Part shown: positions 30,511-39,902 of the stretch, in pieces
How positions within the stretch are numbered: position 1 is the first letter of the stretch
Layout: each line of letters begins with the position of its first letter
Origin: a virus
Reading direction: 5' to 3' (one strand)
IMG/VR virus record: IMGVR_UViG_3300045988_059296
Length of the DNA: 47,749 bases
Program-made: the position numbers and the translations under genes
Notes under the pieces: model-generated
The model's input: only the letters and a program-made list of their open reading frames with translations
Database searches by the model: none
What the model was told of the DNA's origin: nothing

Positions 30511-32055
30511 TTGAACGCATTAGACCGGGTGATTGCCGCCGTGTCCCCGCAAACGGCGGTAAAACGCGCCGCCGCCCGCCGGAAGCTGGATATTCTGGAT
30601 AGCGGGTATGGAAACTACGGCGCATCACACACGAAGAAATCGCTTGCGGGCTGGCTGTATGGCGGCGGGTCCGCAAAGGAAGATATTCAGGACAATTTAT
30701 CGACCCTGCGGCAACGTTGCCGCGACCTCTACATGGGCGTTCCGTTGGCGACGGGTGCGCTGAAAACCTGCCGAACAAACGTCATCGGGTCCGGCCTGCG
30801 GCTGAAAAGTCAAATCGACTATGAAGCGTTGGGAATGGACGAAGAAGCCGCCCGCGACCTTGAACGCAAAATCGAGCGGGAATTTTCACTGTGGGCCGAT
30901 TCGACCGCCTGCGACCTTGAACGGCTTGACAACTTCTACGAACTGCAACAACTCGCGTTTCTGAACTGGCTTATGAGCGGTGACGTTATCGCAACATTGC
31001 CCGTGACAAAGCGGGCAAATATGCCTTACGACCTGCGAATTTGTCTGATCGAAGCGGACAGGTTGAGCAATCCGAACGGGATTGTTGACCCGCATATCAT
31101 CGGCGGCGTTGAAACCAACGACGCGGGCGAAGTCGTGGCCTACCATATCAGCAAGCACCACCCTCTTTCGTATGACATGACGGAAACCGGGTGGACGCGC
31201 GTTGAAGCGTGGGGCGCAAAGACCGGGCGGCGGAACGTGCTTCACATTATGAACCGGGAGCGCATCGGACAGCGCCGCGGCGTGCCGTTTCTTGCCCCGG
31301 TCATTGAAGCGCTGAAACAGCTTGGGCGATATACAGACGCGGAACTTGTCGCCGCCGTGGTTTCTGGTATGTTCACGGTGTTTATCGAAAAAGAATCCGC
31401 GTCCAGCGACGGCGGGTTCGGTGAAATCATTCCAGAGGACGCACAAGTAGACGCAGGCGACGACAGCACGATTGAACTTGCCCCCGGCGCAATCGTGGAT
31501 TTGAACGAGGGCGAAAAAGCACACGACATGAACCCCGGCAGACCGAACACGGCTTTTGACGGGTTCGTTGTGGCTATCTGCCGTCAGATCGGCGCGGCCC
31601 TTGAAATCCCCTATGAACTGTTGGTAAAGAACTTCAACGCGTCTTACAGCGCGTCCCGCGGGGCGCTTCTGGAAGCATGGAAAATGTTCCGTATGTATCG
31701 GACGTGGCTTGCAAATGATTTTTGCCAACCAGTCTATGAAGAATGGTTCGCCGAAGCCGTGGCAAAGGGCCGCATTCCCGCACCCGGATTTTTCTCTGAC
31801 CCGCTGATACGCAAGGCGTACACGGGCGCAGAGTGGAACGGCCCGGCGCAGGGCCTTTTGAACCCGGTACAGGAAGTCACCGCGGCGGAAAAGCGCGTGC
31901 AGAACGGTTTTTCCACACGCGACCGCGAAGCTATGGAAATGAACGGTTCAGACTTCTACCGAAACGCCGCGCAGTTGAAACGCGAAGAAAAAATGTTAAG
32001 GGAGGTAAAAGAAAATGGAGAAAACGGCAACGCCGCAGGCAAAACCGAAGAATAA
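30511..32055 (+). CDS. Portal protein, lambda family.
   Basis: 514 aa. The N-terminus MNALDRVIAAVSPQTAVKRAAARRKL is typical of lambda gpB-like portals. TTG start. Confidence 0.85.
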   Translation: MNALDRVIAAVSPQTAVKRAAARRKLDILDSGYGNYGASHTKKSLAGWLYGGGSAKEDIQDNLSTLRQRCRDLYMGVPLATGALKTCRTNVIGSGLRLKSQIDYEALGMDEEAARDLERKIEREFSLWADSTACDLERLDNFYELQQLAFLNWLMSGDVIATLPVTKRANMPYDLRICLIEADRLSNPNGIVDPHIIGGVETNDAGEVVAYHISKHHPLSYDMTETGWTRVEAWGAKTGRRNVLHIMNRERIGQRRGVPFLAPVIEALKQLGRYTDAELVAAVVSGMFTVFIEKESASSDGGFGEIIPEDAQVDAGDDSTIELAPGAIVDLNEGEKAHDMNPGRPNTAFDGFVVAICRQIGAALEIPYELLVKNFNASYSASRGALLEAWKMFRMYRTWLANDFCQPVYEEWFAEAVAKGRIPAPGFFSDPLIRKAYTGAEWNGPAQGLLNPVQEVTAAEKRVQNGFSTRDREAMEMNGSDFYRNAAQLKREEKMLREVKENGENGNAAGKTEE

Positions 32056-33154
32056 ACACTTTTGGAACTTCCAACCAGCAAGCGGGGACAATCCCCCGGA
32101 ACTCATTCTTTACGGCGACATCGCTTCCGAAACATGGTGGGGCGATGAAGTGACCCCGCGGCAGTTCACGGAGGAACTGGACGCGCTGGGCGCTGTGCCT
32201 GAAATCGTGGTACGCATCAACAGCGGCGGCGGTGACGTGTTCGCCGCAAATGCCATTTACACCCGCCTGAAAGACAACGCGGCGAAAATCACCGTGAAAA
32301 TCGACGGTTGGGCCGCGTCTGCGGCGACGATTATTGCAATGGCGGGCGACAGCATCGAAATCCCCGGAAACGGCGTTTTCATGGTGCATGACCCGGCGTT
32401 GGGGCTGTTGGGCTACTTCAACGAAACGGAACTTGCGAAAATGACCGATGAACTAAAGGTCATCAAGCAGTCTATCGTGAACGCCTATACCCTGAAAACG
32501 GGAAAGGACGCGGCGGACGTTGCCGCAATCATGGCGGCTGAAACGTGGTACGACGGCAAACAGGCCGTTGACGCGGGTTTCTGCGACAAACTTATGTTTG
32601 AGGACGCGGAAACGACCGTGGAAAATGCGGCGAAAGTCGTTGTGAACAGCGTTTCCCTCGACCTGACGCGCTTTCCGAATATGCCTGTATCGTTGTTAAA
32701 CCGCATGACGGCCCGCACGCCCGGCGGTTTTTCAAATAAAACCAACCATAAAAATACCGAAAAGGAGCGAAACACAATGGACGGAATCGAAAAAATCACT
32801 ACGGTTGACGGCCTGAAAGCGGCTTTCCCCGACCTGACGCGTCAGATCGAGGACGCGGCGACAACCGCGGAGCGCAAGCGCATTCAGGACATTGAAGACG
32901 TGGCGCTTGCGGGCTATGAGAGCATCGTAAACGACGCGAAGTTCAACAACCCCATTGCGGCGGGTGACGTGGCAAAAGCTATCGTTGCCGCGCAGAAGAA
33001 GCAGGGCGGAACTTACATCAAGAACCGCGACGACGACGCGCAGAAGAGCGGTGCGGGCGACGTTGGAGCGGGCGCACATGAGGGCGCAGGCGATGACGGC
33101 GGCGACAATGACGTTGACAAGGCCATTGACAAGCTGTTCCCTGCGACGAAGTAA
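32015..33154 (+). CDS. Head maturation protease (ClpP/S49-like) fused to a scaffold-like C-terminal domain.
   Basis: VVRINSGGGDVFAANAIYTRL...IDGWAASAATIIAMAGD...VFMVHDP carries serine protease motifs. The C-terminal half is helical and acidic. Confidence 0.8.
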   Translation: MEKTATPQAKPKNKHFWNFQPASGDNPPELILYGDIASETWWGDEVTPRQFTEELDALGAVPEIVVRINSGGGDVFAANAIYTRLKDNAAKITVKIDGWAASAATIIAMAGDSIEIPGNGVFMVHDPALGLLGYFNETELAKMTDELKVIKQSIVNAYTLKTGKDAADVAAIMAAETWYDGKQAVDAGFCDKLMFEDAETTVENAAKVVVNSVSLDLTRFPNMPVSLLNRMTARTPGGFSNKTNHKNTEKERNTMDGIEKITTVDGLKAAFPDLTRQIEDAATTAERKRIQDIEDVALAGYESIVNDAKFNNPIAAGDVAKAIVAAQKKQGGTYIKNRDDDAQKSGAGDVGAGAHEGAGDDGGDNDVDKAIDKLFPATK

Positions 33155-33167
33155 AGGAGGAAACACC

Positions 33168-33551
33168 ATGTACGAAATCCAGAAAGACCAGAGCGTACCC
33201 GTGAAGTTTTTCGCCGGAGAATACCCCGTCGTTACGGCGGTCAAGGCTGTTGCCGCCGGAAAGAGCGTCAAGCAGTACGAACCCGTCAAGCTGACGGACA
33301 ACGGCATTGAACCCGTTGTAAAAGTCGCCGCAAGCGAAGCCGTGAGCGGCACAAGCACCCCGGCGAAGTCCGAGTATGAGAACACCACGGCGGGCATTTA
33401 CGGCATCGCCGCGACCGCCGCACAAGCCGCGGAAGAAGTCGTCGTCTACCTGACGGGCGAATTTTTCGCGGACGCTATCACCTTGCCGGAGGGCGTGACC
33501 GCCGATACGCTGGCAAAGGCGTTCCGCAATATCGGAATCTTTTTGAAGTAA
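33168..33551 (+). CDS. Head decoration protein, lambda gpD-like.
   Basis: 127 aa between the protease and the gpE-type capsid gene. RBS AAGGAGG. Motif GIAATAAQAAEEVVVYLTGEF. Confidence 0.6.
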   Translation: MYEIQKDQSVPVKFFAGEYPVVTAVKAVAAGKSVKQYEPVKLTDNGIEPVVKVAASEAVSGTSTPAKSEYENTTAGIYGIAATAAQAAEEVVVYLTGEFFADAITLPEGVTADTLAKAFRNIGIFLK

Positions 33552-33566
33552 AGGAGCGAAGAGAAA

Positions 33567-34622
33567 ATGGCTATCGAAACAACTATTTACACCACGCGCA
33601 CGCTGGGTAAGCTGATTACCAGAATGCCCCCCGTGCATACCTTTTTCCGCGATACCCTGTTCAAGAACCGCCGCACTTTCCCCACGAAGAGCGTTGACGT
33701 TGACTTCAAGAAAGGAAGTCGCGCCCTCGCACCGTTCGTTCACCCGAAAGTCGGTGGCAAGGTGGTTCCGAACAGCGGCTATCAGACGAAGACTTACACC
33801 CCCGTTCTGCTGGCCCCTGACAAAATCACCACCGTTGACGACCTGCTGAACCGTTCTGCGGGTGAAAACCCGTACAGCGGCAGGACCCCCGCGGAGCGTG
33901 CCGTTGAGAAGCTGGCGGACGACCTGCGCGAACTGAACGAAATGATCGTGCGCCGCGAAGAGTGGATGGCGGCTACCGCCATTTTCACCGGGCAGATTCC
34001 CATTATCGGCGAGGGCCTGAACGAAGTCATCGACTTTGACTTCACCAACAAGGAAACCATCGTCAGCGCCGAAAAGAAGTGGAACGCCGATACTTCCGAC
34101 CCGCTGGGCGATTTGGAGCGCTGGCGCGAAGCCGTCCAGAAAGAGGGCTTTGTGAACTGCAATATCTGCATCATGGCAAAGGACGTTGCGAACGCCTTTG
34201 TGAACAATGCAAAGGTCAAGTCCGTTTTGGACGTTCGCGCCTATGATTTGGCAGTTATCAAGCCCCGCGAACTGCCGAACGGCCTTACTTACATCGGAAC
34301 TATCCATAAGCTGGGCCTTGACATCTACCAGTACAACGAGTGGTATCTGGACAACTGGACCAACCCCAACGCCCCGACGCAGAAGCCGCTTGTTCCTGAC
34401 GGCACGCTTGCCCTGCTGTCTACCGAAGCGGAGTATTCCATCTACTACGGCGCAATCACCATGATTCCCGAAGAGGGTAAGACGTTTGTTACCGTGGAGG
34501 GCGACCGCGTGCCGCAGACGTGGGTTGAGCGCCGCCCGGACCGCCGCTTCCTGCAAGTCAACAGTAAGCCGCTGACCGTTCCCCATGAGGTCAATAGCTG
34601 GTACGTTGCAAAGGTCCTGTAA
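33567..34622 (+). CDS. Major capsid protein, lambda gpE family.
   Basis: 351 aa. TRTLGKLITRMPPVHTFFRDTLF...SVDVDFKKGSRALAPFVHP is characteristic of the gpE-like N-terminus. Confidence 0.85.
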   Translation: MAIETTIYTTRTLGKLITRMPPVHTFFRDTLFKNRRTFPTKSVDVDFKKGSRALAPFVHPKVGGKVVPNSGYQTKTYTPVLLAPDKITTVDDLLNRSAGENPYSGRTPAERAVEKLADDLRELNEMIVRREEWMAATAIFTGQIPIIGEGLNEVIDFDFTNKETIVSAEKKWNADTSDPLGDLERWREAVQKEGFVNCNICIMAKDVANAFVNNAKVKSVLDVRAYDLAVIKPRELPNGLTYIGTIHKLGLDIYQYNEWYLDNWTNPNAPTQKPLVPDGTLALLSTEAEYSIYYGAITMIPEEGKTFVTVEGDRVPQTWVERRPDRRFLQVNSKPLTVPHEVNSWYVAKVL

Positions 34623-34957
34623 TGAACTTCAAAGCGCAGGTTGAACGGGACCTTACAGCTGTATTCCATAACGCCCGCGAACACGCCGACGTTATGGAAT
34701 TCTGGATTGACGGGGTGCGCTACAAAGGCCCTGTCATCATTGATGACGGCGGCGCACAGGACAGGAAAAAGCCGTCTACGGACCATGTAGACGGCTTGGT
34801 TCTTGTTGACCTTGTTGTATATGTCCCGCTATCCCTGTTGAAGACAATTCCACAAAAGGGCCTGAATATGGAAATCGGCGACCACATTTACCAAATCACA
34901 AAGGTTCACCCGGAAGCCGGGGAAATCGTTCTTTATTTGGAGATGCTGACCGAATGA
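34622..34957 (+). CDS. Putative head-tail connector protein (111 aa).
   Basis: Position only. Confidence 0.45.
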   Translation: MNFKAQVERDLTAVFHNAREHADVMEFWIDGVRYKGPVIIDDGGAQDRKKPSTDHVDGLVLVDLVVYVPLSLLKTIPQKGLNMEIGDHIYQITKVHPEAGEIVLYLEMLTE

Positions 34958-35520
34958 TTACTATTACAGCCGAACAGATCGAGCGGGTCAACCTGATTTT
35001 ATCGGGTGTTCCCGGCGGCATAGAAAAGGCGCTGTCAAGCACTATCCGCCGGGCGAACAACACTGTTCGTTCTGAAACCCTAAAGGGCATCACGACCGTT
35101 TATGCAATCACGCGGCAGAACGTCCGGGCAGAAACGACAATCAAGGTCCGCACACAGTCCAGCGACGGCGGAATTGTTGGAACTGTTCTGTTTGCGGGCC
35201 ACAAGATACCTCTATACCGCTTCAACGTATCGCCGACAATTCCTATCCAACGGGCTACCGTGTCGGCGGCGGTGCTTGCCGGAAACGGGCGCACGCCGTT
35301 TCAAGACGCGTTCATTGCGAGAATGCAAAGCGGACATACAGGTATGTTCGAGCGCGACGGTTCAAAGCGCCTGCCTATCAGCGAGTTCATGGGGCCGTCT
35401 ACGGCACAGATGGCGGGAAACAGTATCGTTCTTGCCGACGTGGAGGAAAAGGCACAAGAGGTCATCAACAAGCGCGTTGAACACGAAATCACCCGCATTC
35501 TGAACGGGTACGGAGGTTGA
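34954..35520 (+). CDS. Putative head-tail joining / tail completion protein (188 aa).
   Basis: Position between the capsid and sheath genes. ATGA coupling. Confidence 0.45.
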   Translation: MITITAEQIERVNLILSGVPGGIEKALSSTIRRANNTVRSETLKGITTVYAITRQNVRAETTIKVRTQSSDGGIVGTVLFAGHKIPLYRFNVSPTIPIQRATVSAAVLAGNGRTPFQDAFIARMQSGHTGMFERDGSKRLPISEFMGPSTAQMAGNSIVLADVEEKAQEVINKRVEHEITRILNGYGG

Positions 35521-35524
35521 ACGC

Positions 35525-36013
35525 ATGACACCTTTACAACTGCTTGACGCGCTGGAAGCGTTTGTGAAGCAAGAAACAAAAGACATTCTTTTACCCGTCC
35601 GGGTGGACCGCAAGAGCGGAGAGAACAAGGAACGCGCGGCGGAGGTCTACAAAATGCGCCTGCCGAACAAAACCGCGCAAACGGAGCGGGTCCCTTACCT
35701 GCTGTTGCAGTACATCAAAAGCACCGACACGCAGGAACAGGGACAGGAGCCGGAAAGCGAATGCACCGTGCGTATCGTCGCCGCCACCTATTCGGAGGAC
35801 GAAAGCGAGGGCGCAATGTGCGTCTTGAACCTGCTGACGCGAATTCGTGTCGCCCTGCTGAAAGATGGCGTTGTCGGCGGGCAGTTCGTCTTGAAATCTC
35901 CACTTGAAATGATTGTGTACCCGGACAGCACAGCCCCTTACTATTTGGGCGAAATGATGACGACATGGACCATGCCGATTATCGAAAGTGAGGTTCAACA
36001 GATATGGCAGTAG
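35525..36013 (+). CDS. Putative neck/tail completion protein (162 aa).
   Basis: Position only. Confidence 0.45.
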   Translation: MTPLQLLDALEAFVKQETKDILLPVRVDRKSGENKERAAEVYKMRLPNKTAQTERVPYLLLQYIKSTDTQEQGQEPESECTVRIVAATYSEDESEGAMCVLNLLTRIRVALLKDGVVGGQFVLKSPLEMIVYPDSTAPYYLGEMMTTWTMPIIESEVQQIWQ

Positions 36014-36558
36014 AATTCAAGTCCAGCATGAGCAAAAACGAACTGCTGGAAATTGCCGCGGAACACGGCATCGAAGCCGACGACAGCATGAAGAAAAACG
36101 ACATTCTAAAACTGCTGGAACAGGCACGCGCCGAAGAGGGCGCACAGGAGCCGCAGGACGGCGCAGAAACGCCCCCGGAGGGTAACGACCCGGCGGAGGG
36201 CGACGAAGCGACACAGGAGCCGCAGGACGGCGAGGAAAGCACTACCGGGGACAGCGACACAGAGCCGCCCGCAGAGGACGCGCAGGAAGCCGCCCCGGAG
36301 GGCTACGGCCTGTTCGTGTATGCCGGTCCCTCCCTCCCGCACGGACGCTTGAAAGAACACGCCGTATTCAACGGTACGTTCGAGGACGTGAAAGCCTACC
36401 TTGCGGACGTGCTGGAAGACTACCCGCAGGCGGAATGTCTGATCGTTCCCGTGGAGCGGCTTTCCGCGTTTGCCGCAAAGGTCAAGACCCCCGGCAATAT
36501 CGCGCACAAGTATTACAACGACATTGTTTCGACAATGCGAGGAAACAAGGAGGTATAA
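36004..36558 (+). CDS. Hypothetical protein (184 aa) with a Rho_N/SAP-like N-terminal motif and an acidic repeat linker.
   Basis: SKNELLEIAAEHGIEADDSMKKNDILKLLE. The QEPQDG repeat is encoded by a 21-nt direct repeat (36143-36163 and 36212-36232). Confidence 0.6.
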   Translation: MAVEFKSSMSKNELLEIAAEHGIEADDSMKKNDILKLLEQARAEEGAQEPQDGAETPPEGNDPAEGDEATQEPQDGEESTTGDSDTEPPAEDAQEAAPEGYGLFVYAGPSLPHGRLKEHAVFNGTFEDVKAYLADVLEDYPQAECLIVPVERLSAFAAKVKTPGNIAHKYYNDIVSTMRGNKEV

Positions 36559-36561
36559 ACG

Positions 36562-37992
36562 ATGGCAAACTATTTTCACGGCGTTTCGACGCGTCAGAAC
36601 GACACGTCGATTTCTACCCCTGTAACCGCTGATTCTGGTATTGCGTTCGTCGTCGGCGCGGCCCCAGGTCATACCGTGGGCGGCGCACCGAACGACCCTA
36701 TCATGTGTCAGTCTTACGCGGAAGCCGTCGCCGCTTTGGGGTATAGCGACGATTGGGAGAAGTACCCAATCTGTGAAGCTATCTATTCGCAGTTCAAGCT
36801 GTACGGCGTGGCCCCTGTGGTGTTCGTGAACGTGCTTGACCCTGCGAAGCACAAGAAGAGCGTCGCAGAACAGAACTACCCCGTCGCAGACGGAAAAGTT
36901 CTGCTTCCCCTCGAAGCCCTGAAAAACACGGTCAAGGTGACAAGCTACACCGCCGGGACCGACTATGAACTTTTCTATGAGGGTGAAAACCTGATTCTTG
37001 AAGTTCTGGACGGCGGCAGTATTTCCGCTGAAACGGGAGAACTGACAATCACGTTCGACGCGGTGGACCCCTCCAAAATCAACGAAAACGACATTATCGG
37101 CGGTTTCGATACCAGCACGAAGAAGTATTCCGGTCTTGAACTGATCGACAAGGTTTTTCCGAAATACGGCATCGTCCCCGACCTTATCGTTGCCCCCGGC
37201 TGGTCCGACAAGTCCAATGTCGCGGCGGTTATGACCGCAAAGGCGGATGCAATCAACACCGTGTTCACGGGTGCAAAAGCCCTGATCGACGCGGACACAA
37301 ACACCGTTCGCCACTACGCGGACGTTCCCGCATGGAAGAAAGCACAGAACATGAACAGCAAGGCGGAAATTCTCTGCTGGCCTATGTTCGGGCTGGGCGA
37401 CCGTGCGTTTCATGCGTCCGTCCACGCCGCGGGCCTGATGGGAAAGACCGATTCGGACAACGGCGGTTGCCCGGCGGAAAGCCCGTCGAACAAGTCATTG
37501 CAGATCGACCGCGCTATGCTTGCGGACGGAACGACTGTGCTTCTCGATCTCGCGCAGGCAAACTACCTGAACAGTAACGGTATCGTTACGGCGCTGAACT
37601 TCATTGGAAGCTATGTGCTGTGGGGCGATGAAACCGCCTGCTTCCCCGCCGATACGGACGTGAAGAACTACTTCATTTCCGTTTCCCGTATGTTCGGTTG
37701 GGTTGCCCGTTCTGTCATTCTTACTTATTGGAGCAAGATCGACAAGAAAATGACGCGCCGCCTTATCGACAGCATCGTTGATTCCGTAAACATTTGGCTG
37801 AACGGCCTTGTTTCGGAAGAAAAGCTGTTGGGCGCACGCGTGGAGTTTCTGGACGAAGAGAACAGCACGACCGCGCTTATGGCGGGCAAGGCTGTTTTCC
37901 ATATCTACATGACCCCCGCAAGCCCCATGAGGGAATGCGAATTCGTCCTTGAATACGACGCGGACTATGTGACTGCGGCGCTGTCGGCGTAA
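36562..37992 (+). CDS. Contractile tail sheath protein.
   Basis: 476 aa. N-terminus YFHGVSTRQNDTSISTPVTADSGIAFVVG. RBS AAGGAGG. Followed by the tube gene. Confidence 0.85.
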   Translation: MANYFHGVSTRQNDTSISTPVTADSGIAFVVGAAPGHTVGGAPNDPIMCQSYAEAVAALGYSDDWEKYPICEAIYSQFKLYGVAPVVFVNVLDPAKHKKSVAEQNYPVADGKVLLPLEALKNTVKVTSYTAGTDYELFYEGENLILEVLDGGSISAETGELTITFDAVDPSKINENDIIGGFDTSTKKYSGLELIDKVFPKYGIVPDLIVAPGWSDKSNVAAVMTAKADAINTVFTGAKALIDADTNTVRHYADVPAWKKAQNMNSKAEILCWPMFGLGDRAFHASVHAAGLMGKTDSDNGGCPAESPSNKSLQIDRAMLADGTTVLLDLAQANYLNSNGIVTALNFIGSYVLWGDETACFPADTDVKNYFISVSRMFGWVARSVILTYWSKIDKKMTRRLIDSIVDSVNIWLNGLVSEEKLLGARVEFLDEENSTTALMAGKAVFHIYMTPASPMRECEFVLEYDADYVTAALSA

Positions 37993-38006
37993 GGAGGTAA
38001 AGAACA

Positions 38007-38522
38007 ATGAAAATTGAAAACGGCGTAACCAACTTTGCCGTATATGAGGACGCGACCGAATATTACGGCATGGCAGAAGTCACACTTCCTGAAATCACGC
38101 AGATTTCGGAAGAGGTCAAGGGCGCGGGCATCGCAGGTACGTTCGACGGAACGTTTGTCGGACACCTTGAAGCTATGTCCCTGACCCTGAATTTCCGTTC
38201 CGTCACTACGGACGCTATCAAGCTGGCAGAGCCGCGCAAGCACCAGCTTGATTTGCGGGCGGCCCAGCAGTCTTGGGATAACAGCACGGGCCGCTATGTC
38301 CAGCAGGCCGTGAAGCACGTCCTTGTCGTCAATCCGAAAAAGTTTGCCCCTGGCAAGCTGGCCCCGGCATCTTCCGCGGAAGCGTCCGGCGAATATCCCG
38401 TGACCTACTACGCAACGTACATCGACGGTAAAAAGGTTCTGGAAATCGACATTCTGAACTTTATCTACTACGTCAACGGCGTTGATTACCTCGAAGACGT
38501 GCGAAAGGCACTTGGCAAGTAA
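38007..38522 (+). CDS. Tail tube protein (P2 FII-like).
   Basis: 171 aa. NFAVYEDATEYYGMAEVTLPEI... Synteny sheath-tube-chaperone-tape measure. Confidence 0.8.
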   Translation: MKIENGVTNFAVYEDATEYYGMAEVTLPEITQISEEVKGAGIAGTFDGTFVGHLEAMSLTLNFRSVTTDAIKLAEPRKHQLDLRAAQQSWDNSTGRYVQQAVKHVLVVNPKKFAPGKLAPASSAEASGEYPVTYYATYIDGKKVLEIDILNFIYYVNGVDYLEDVRKALGK

Positions 38523-38551
38523 AACCCGGCGGGGCTTCCCGCTGGGTTTTA
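38522..38551 (+). terminator. Hairpin / partial terminator after the tube gene.
   Basis: aaacccggcggg-gctt-cccgctgggtttt. Confidence 0.6.
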
Positions 38552-38605
38552 TTATGCCCTTTTCTGCATCTGAAAATATGAATTTCTAAATCGGAGGAAT
38601 TGACA

Positions 38606-39016
38606 ATGAGTGAGAACATCAAAAACACCGCCGCAGAGAGCGCACAGAACGCCGCAGGCGCGGCGGAAGCTGTCACCCATGATATGACCGCGGAAGCCGT
38701 AAACGAACCCGTACAGGCTGACGCAGGCGTTTATACGCACACGTTCAAGAAGCCTTTCGAGTACGCAGGCGAAACCTATACGACCCTGACGTTCGATTTC
38801 GAGAAAATGACGGGCCGCGACATGGTTTCTATCGAAACCGAAATGCAGATGAACAATGAATACTGCCTTGCGCCGGAAGTGTCCCGGAGTTTTCAGGCGA
38901 AAATGGCGGCAAAGGCCGCGGGCATTGGTAGCGACGTTCTCGACGCTATGCCTATCAAGGACTTTAACCGCATCACCAACGCGGCAAGGAGTTTTTTAAT
39001 CGACACGGGCTATTAA
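38606..39016 (+). CDS. Tail assembly chaperone (P2 gpE / Mu gp41-like), zero-frame product.
   Basis: RBS GGAGGA 7 nt upstream. Position between the tube and the tape measure. Ends shortly after a slippery heptamer. Confidence 0.7.
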   Translation: MSENIKNTAAESAQNAAGAAEAVTHDMTAEAVNEPVQADAGVYTHTFKKPFEYAGETYTTLTFDFEKMTGRDMVSIETEMQMNNEYCLAPEVSRSFQAKMAAKAAGIGSDVLDAMPIKDFNRITNAARSFLIDTGY

Positions 39017-39168
39017 AAAGCCCGGCGAAGTGGTGGCGGCGGGAGTGCTTCAAGCTGGCGCAGGCAACGTATACGCCCGTCCCGTTCTGGCTTGATATGA
39101 ACATGACGGAAATTACGGCGTGGATTGAGGACATAAACGCCGCCACAAGAGAAAATCGGAGCAAATAA
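38606..39168 (+). CDS. Tail assembly chaperone frameshift product (E+E'-like), made by a -1 slip at 38992-38998.
   Basis: The -1 frame stays open from 38998 to TAA 39166-39168. The 56-aa extension NRHGLLKSPAKWW...LDMNMTEITAWIEDINAATRENRSK resembles gpE' tails. Confidence 0.6.
38992..38998 (+). other. Slippery heptamer T_TTT_TTA for a programmed -1 ribosomal frameshift.
   Basis: It is in the X_XXY_YYZ phase relative to the chaperone frame (agt ttt tta). Confidence 0.6.
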
Positions 39169-39208
39169 AAGCGGGACCGTTTAAGCGGCCCCGCACGTTG
39201 GGTTGATT

Positions 39209-39790
39209 TTATACAGTGGCATCAAGCATCGAATAGAATTCTTCTTCCGAAATAATTTGAACAGGCTTGCCCTTTTTCTGCAATTCTGCGGCTTTCTGTA
39301 CCTTACGGGAAGCAATACCGCCGTTCATTTCGGACCATTCCTGACTTCCCAAAACAAGATAATTCATCGTGTTTACGGGACTGTCCGACGTTAGACCGCC
39401 ACGCTTGCGAATCTCGAAAAGTGCTTCCGCCCGTTCCATTCGGGACAAGTCGCCCGTAATAACAAACATTTTGTTGCGGAGCGGGCTTTTTTGAAGTGCC
39501 TGCAATCTTGCGGCGACACCATCGGGCAACGGGGCAAGTTTCTTTGCACGCTTATATGCGGCAAAAGCACAGCGCCCGGAGCCAATACTCCAAAAGAAGT
39601 CACCCAACGTCAAGAACACGTCCGATTCGGACAAAACGGTTTCGCTAAAAGCGTTTGCAAGTGCGGCGATTTCGATTTCAAGTTGTCCGTCGCTGGAATT
39701 GGCGTTGAACATGGACGAAAAGGTGTTGGCGGGCTTACATATTCCAGTCCCCGGAACCTCTTCTTTCCAGTAAGAAACATCGTTGAACAT
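39209..39790 (-). CDS. BRCT-domain protein (193 aa). A reverse-strand accessory gene (moron) inserted between the tail chaperone and tape measure genes.
   Basis: The C-terminus KMFVITGDLSRMERAEALFEIRKRGGLTSDSPVNTMNYLVLGSQ...SRKVQKAAELQKKGKPVQIISEEEFYSML matches the LigA-type BRCT pattern. ATG 39790 lies 7 nt after GGAGG. The gene has its own promoter and terminator. Confidence 0.7.
   Translation of the reverse strand: MFNDVSYWKEEVPGTGICKPANTFSSMFNANSSDGQLEIEIAALANAFSETVLSESDVFLTLGDFFWSIGSGRCAFAAYKRAKKLAPLPDGVAARLQALQKSPLRNKMFVITGDLSRMERAEALFEIRKRGGLTSDSPVNTMNYLVLGSQEWSEMNGGIASRKVQKAAELQKKGKPVQIISEEEFYSMLDATV
39615..39636. repeat. Second copy of the 22-bp repeat with palindrome GTCCGATTCGGAC (39620-39632), inside the BRCT gene.
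   Basis: Identical to 8041-8062. Confidence 0.9.
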
Positions 39791-39811
39791 TACATAACCT
39801 CCATTCATTTT

Positions 39812-39883
39812 TGTGTTAATGTTCAGAGAAATTCTTATCTTTAACACACCATCAATTAAAGTATAAAAAATGCGAAAAGTCAA
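39812..39883 (-). promoter_or_regulatory. Promoter of the BRCT gene, TTGACT (39883-39878) N17 TTTAAT (39860-39855), with TTAACACA-type operator half-sites at 39841-39848 and 39812-39819.
   Basis: Read directly. It has the same 10-mer ctttaacaca as at 11181-11190 and 11231-11240. Confidence 0.5.
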
Positions 39884-39902
39884 GGGAGGGAGGTAATGCG
39901 GC

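Noticed and set aside
36143-36232. A 21-nt direct repeat (cacaggagccgcaggacggcg) at 36143-36163 and 36212-36232.
   Set aside because: It lies in frame within a coding region and encodes a duplicated acidic QEPQDG linker. This is a low-complexity protein repeat, not a regulatory or CRISPR-like element.
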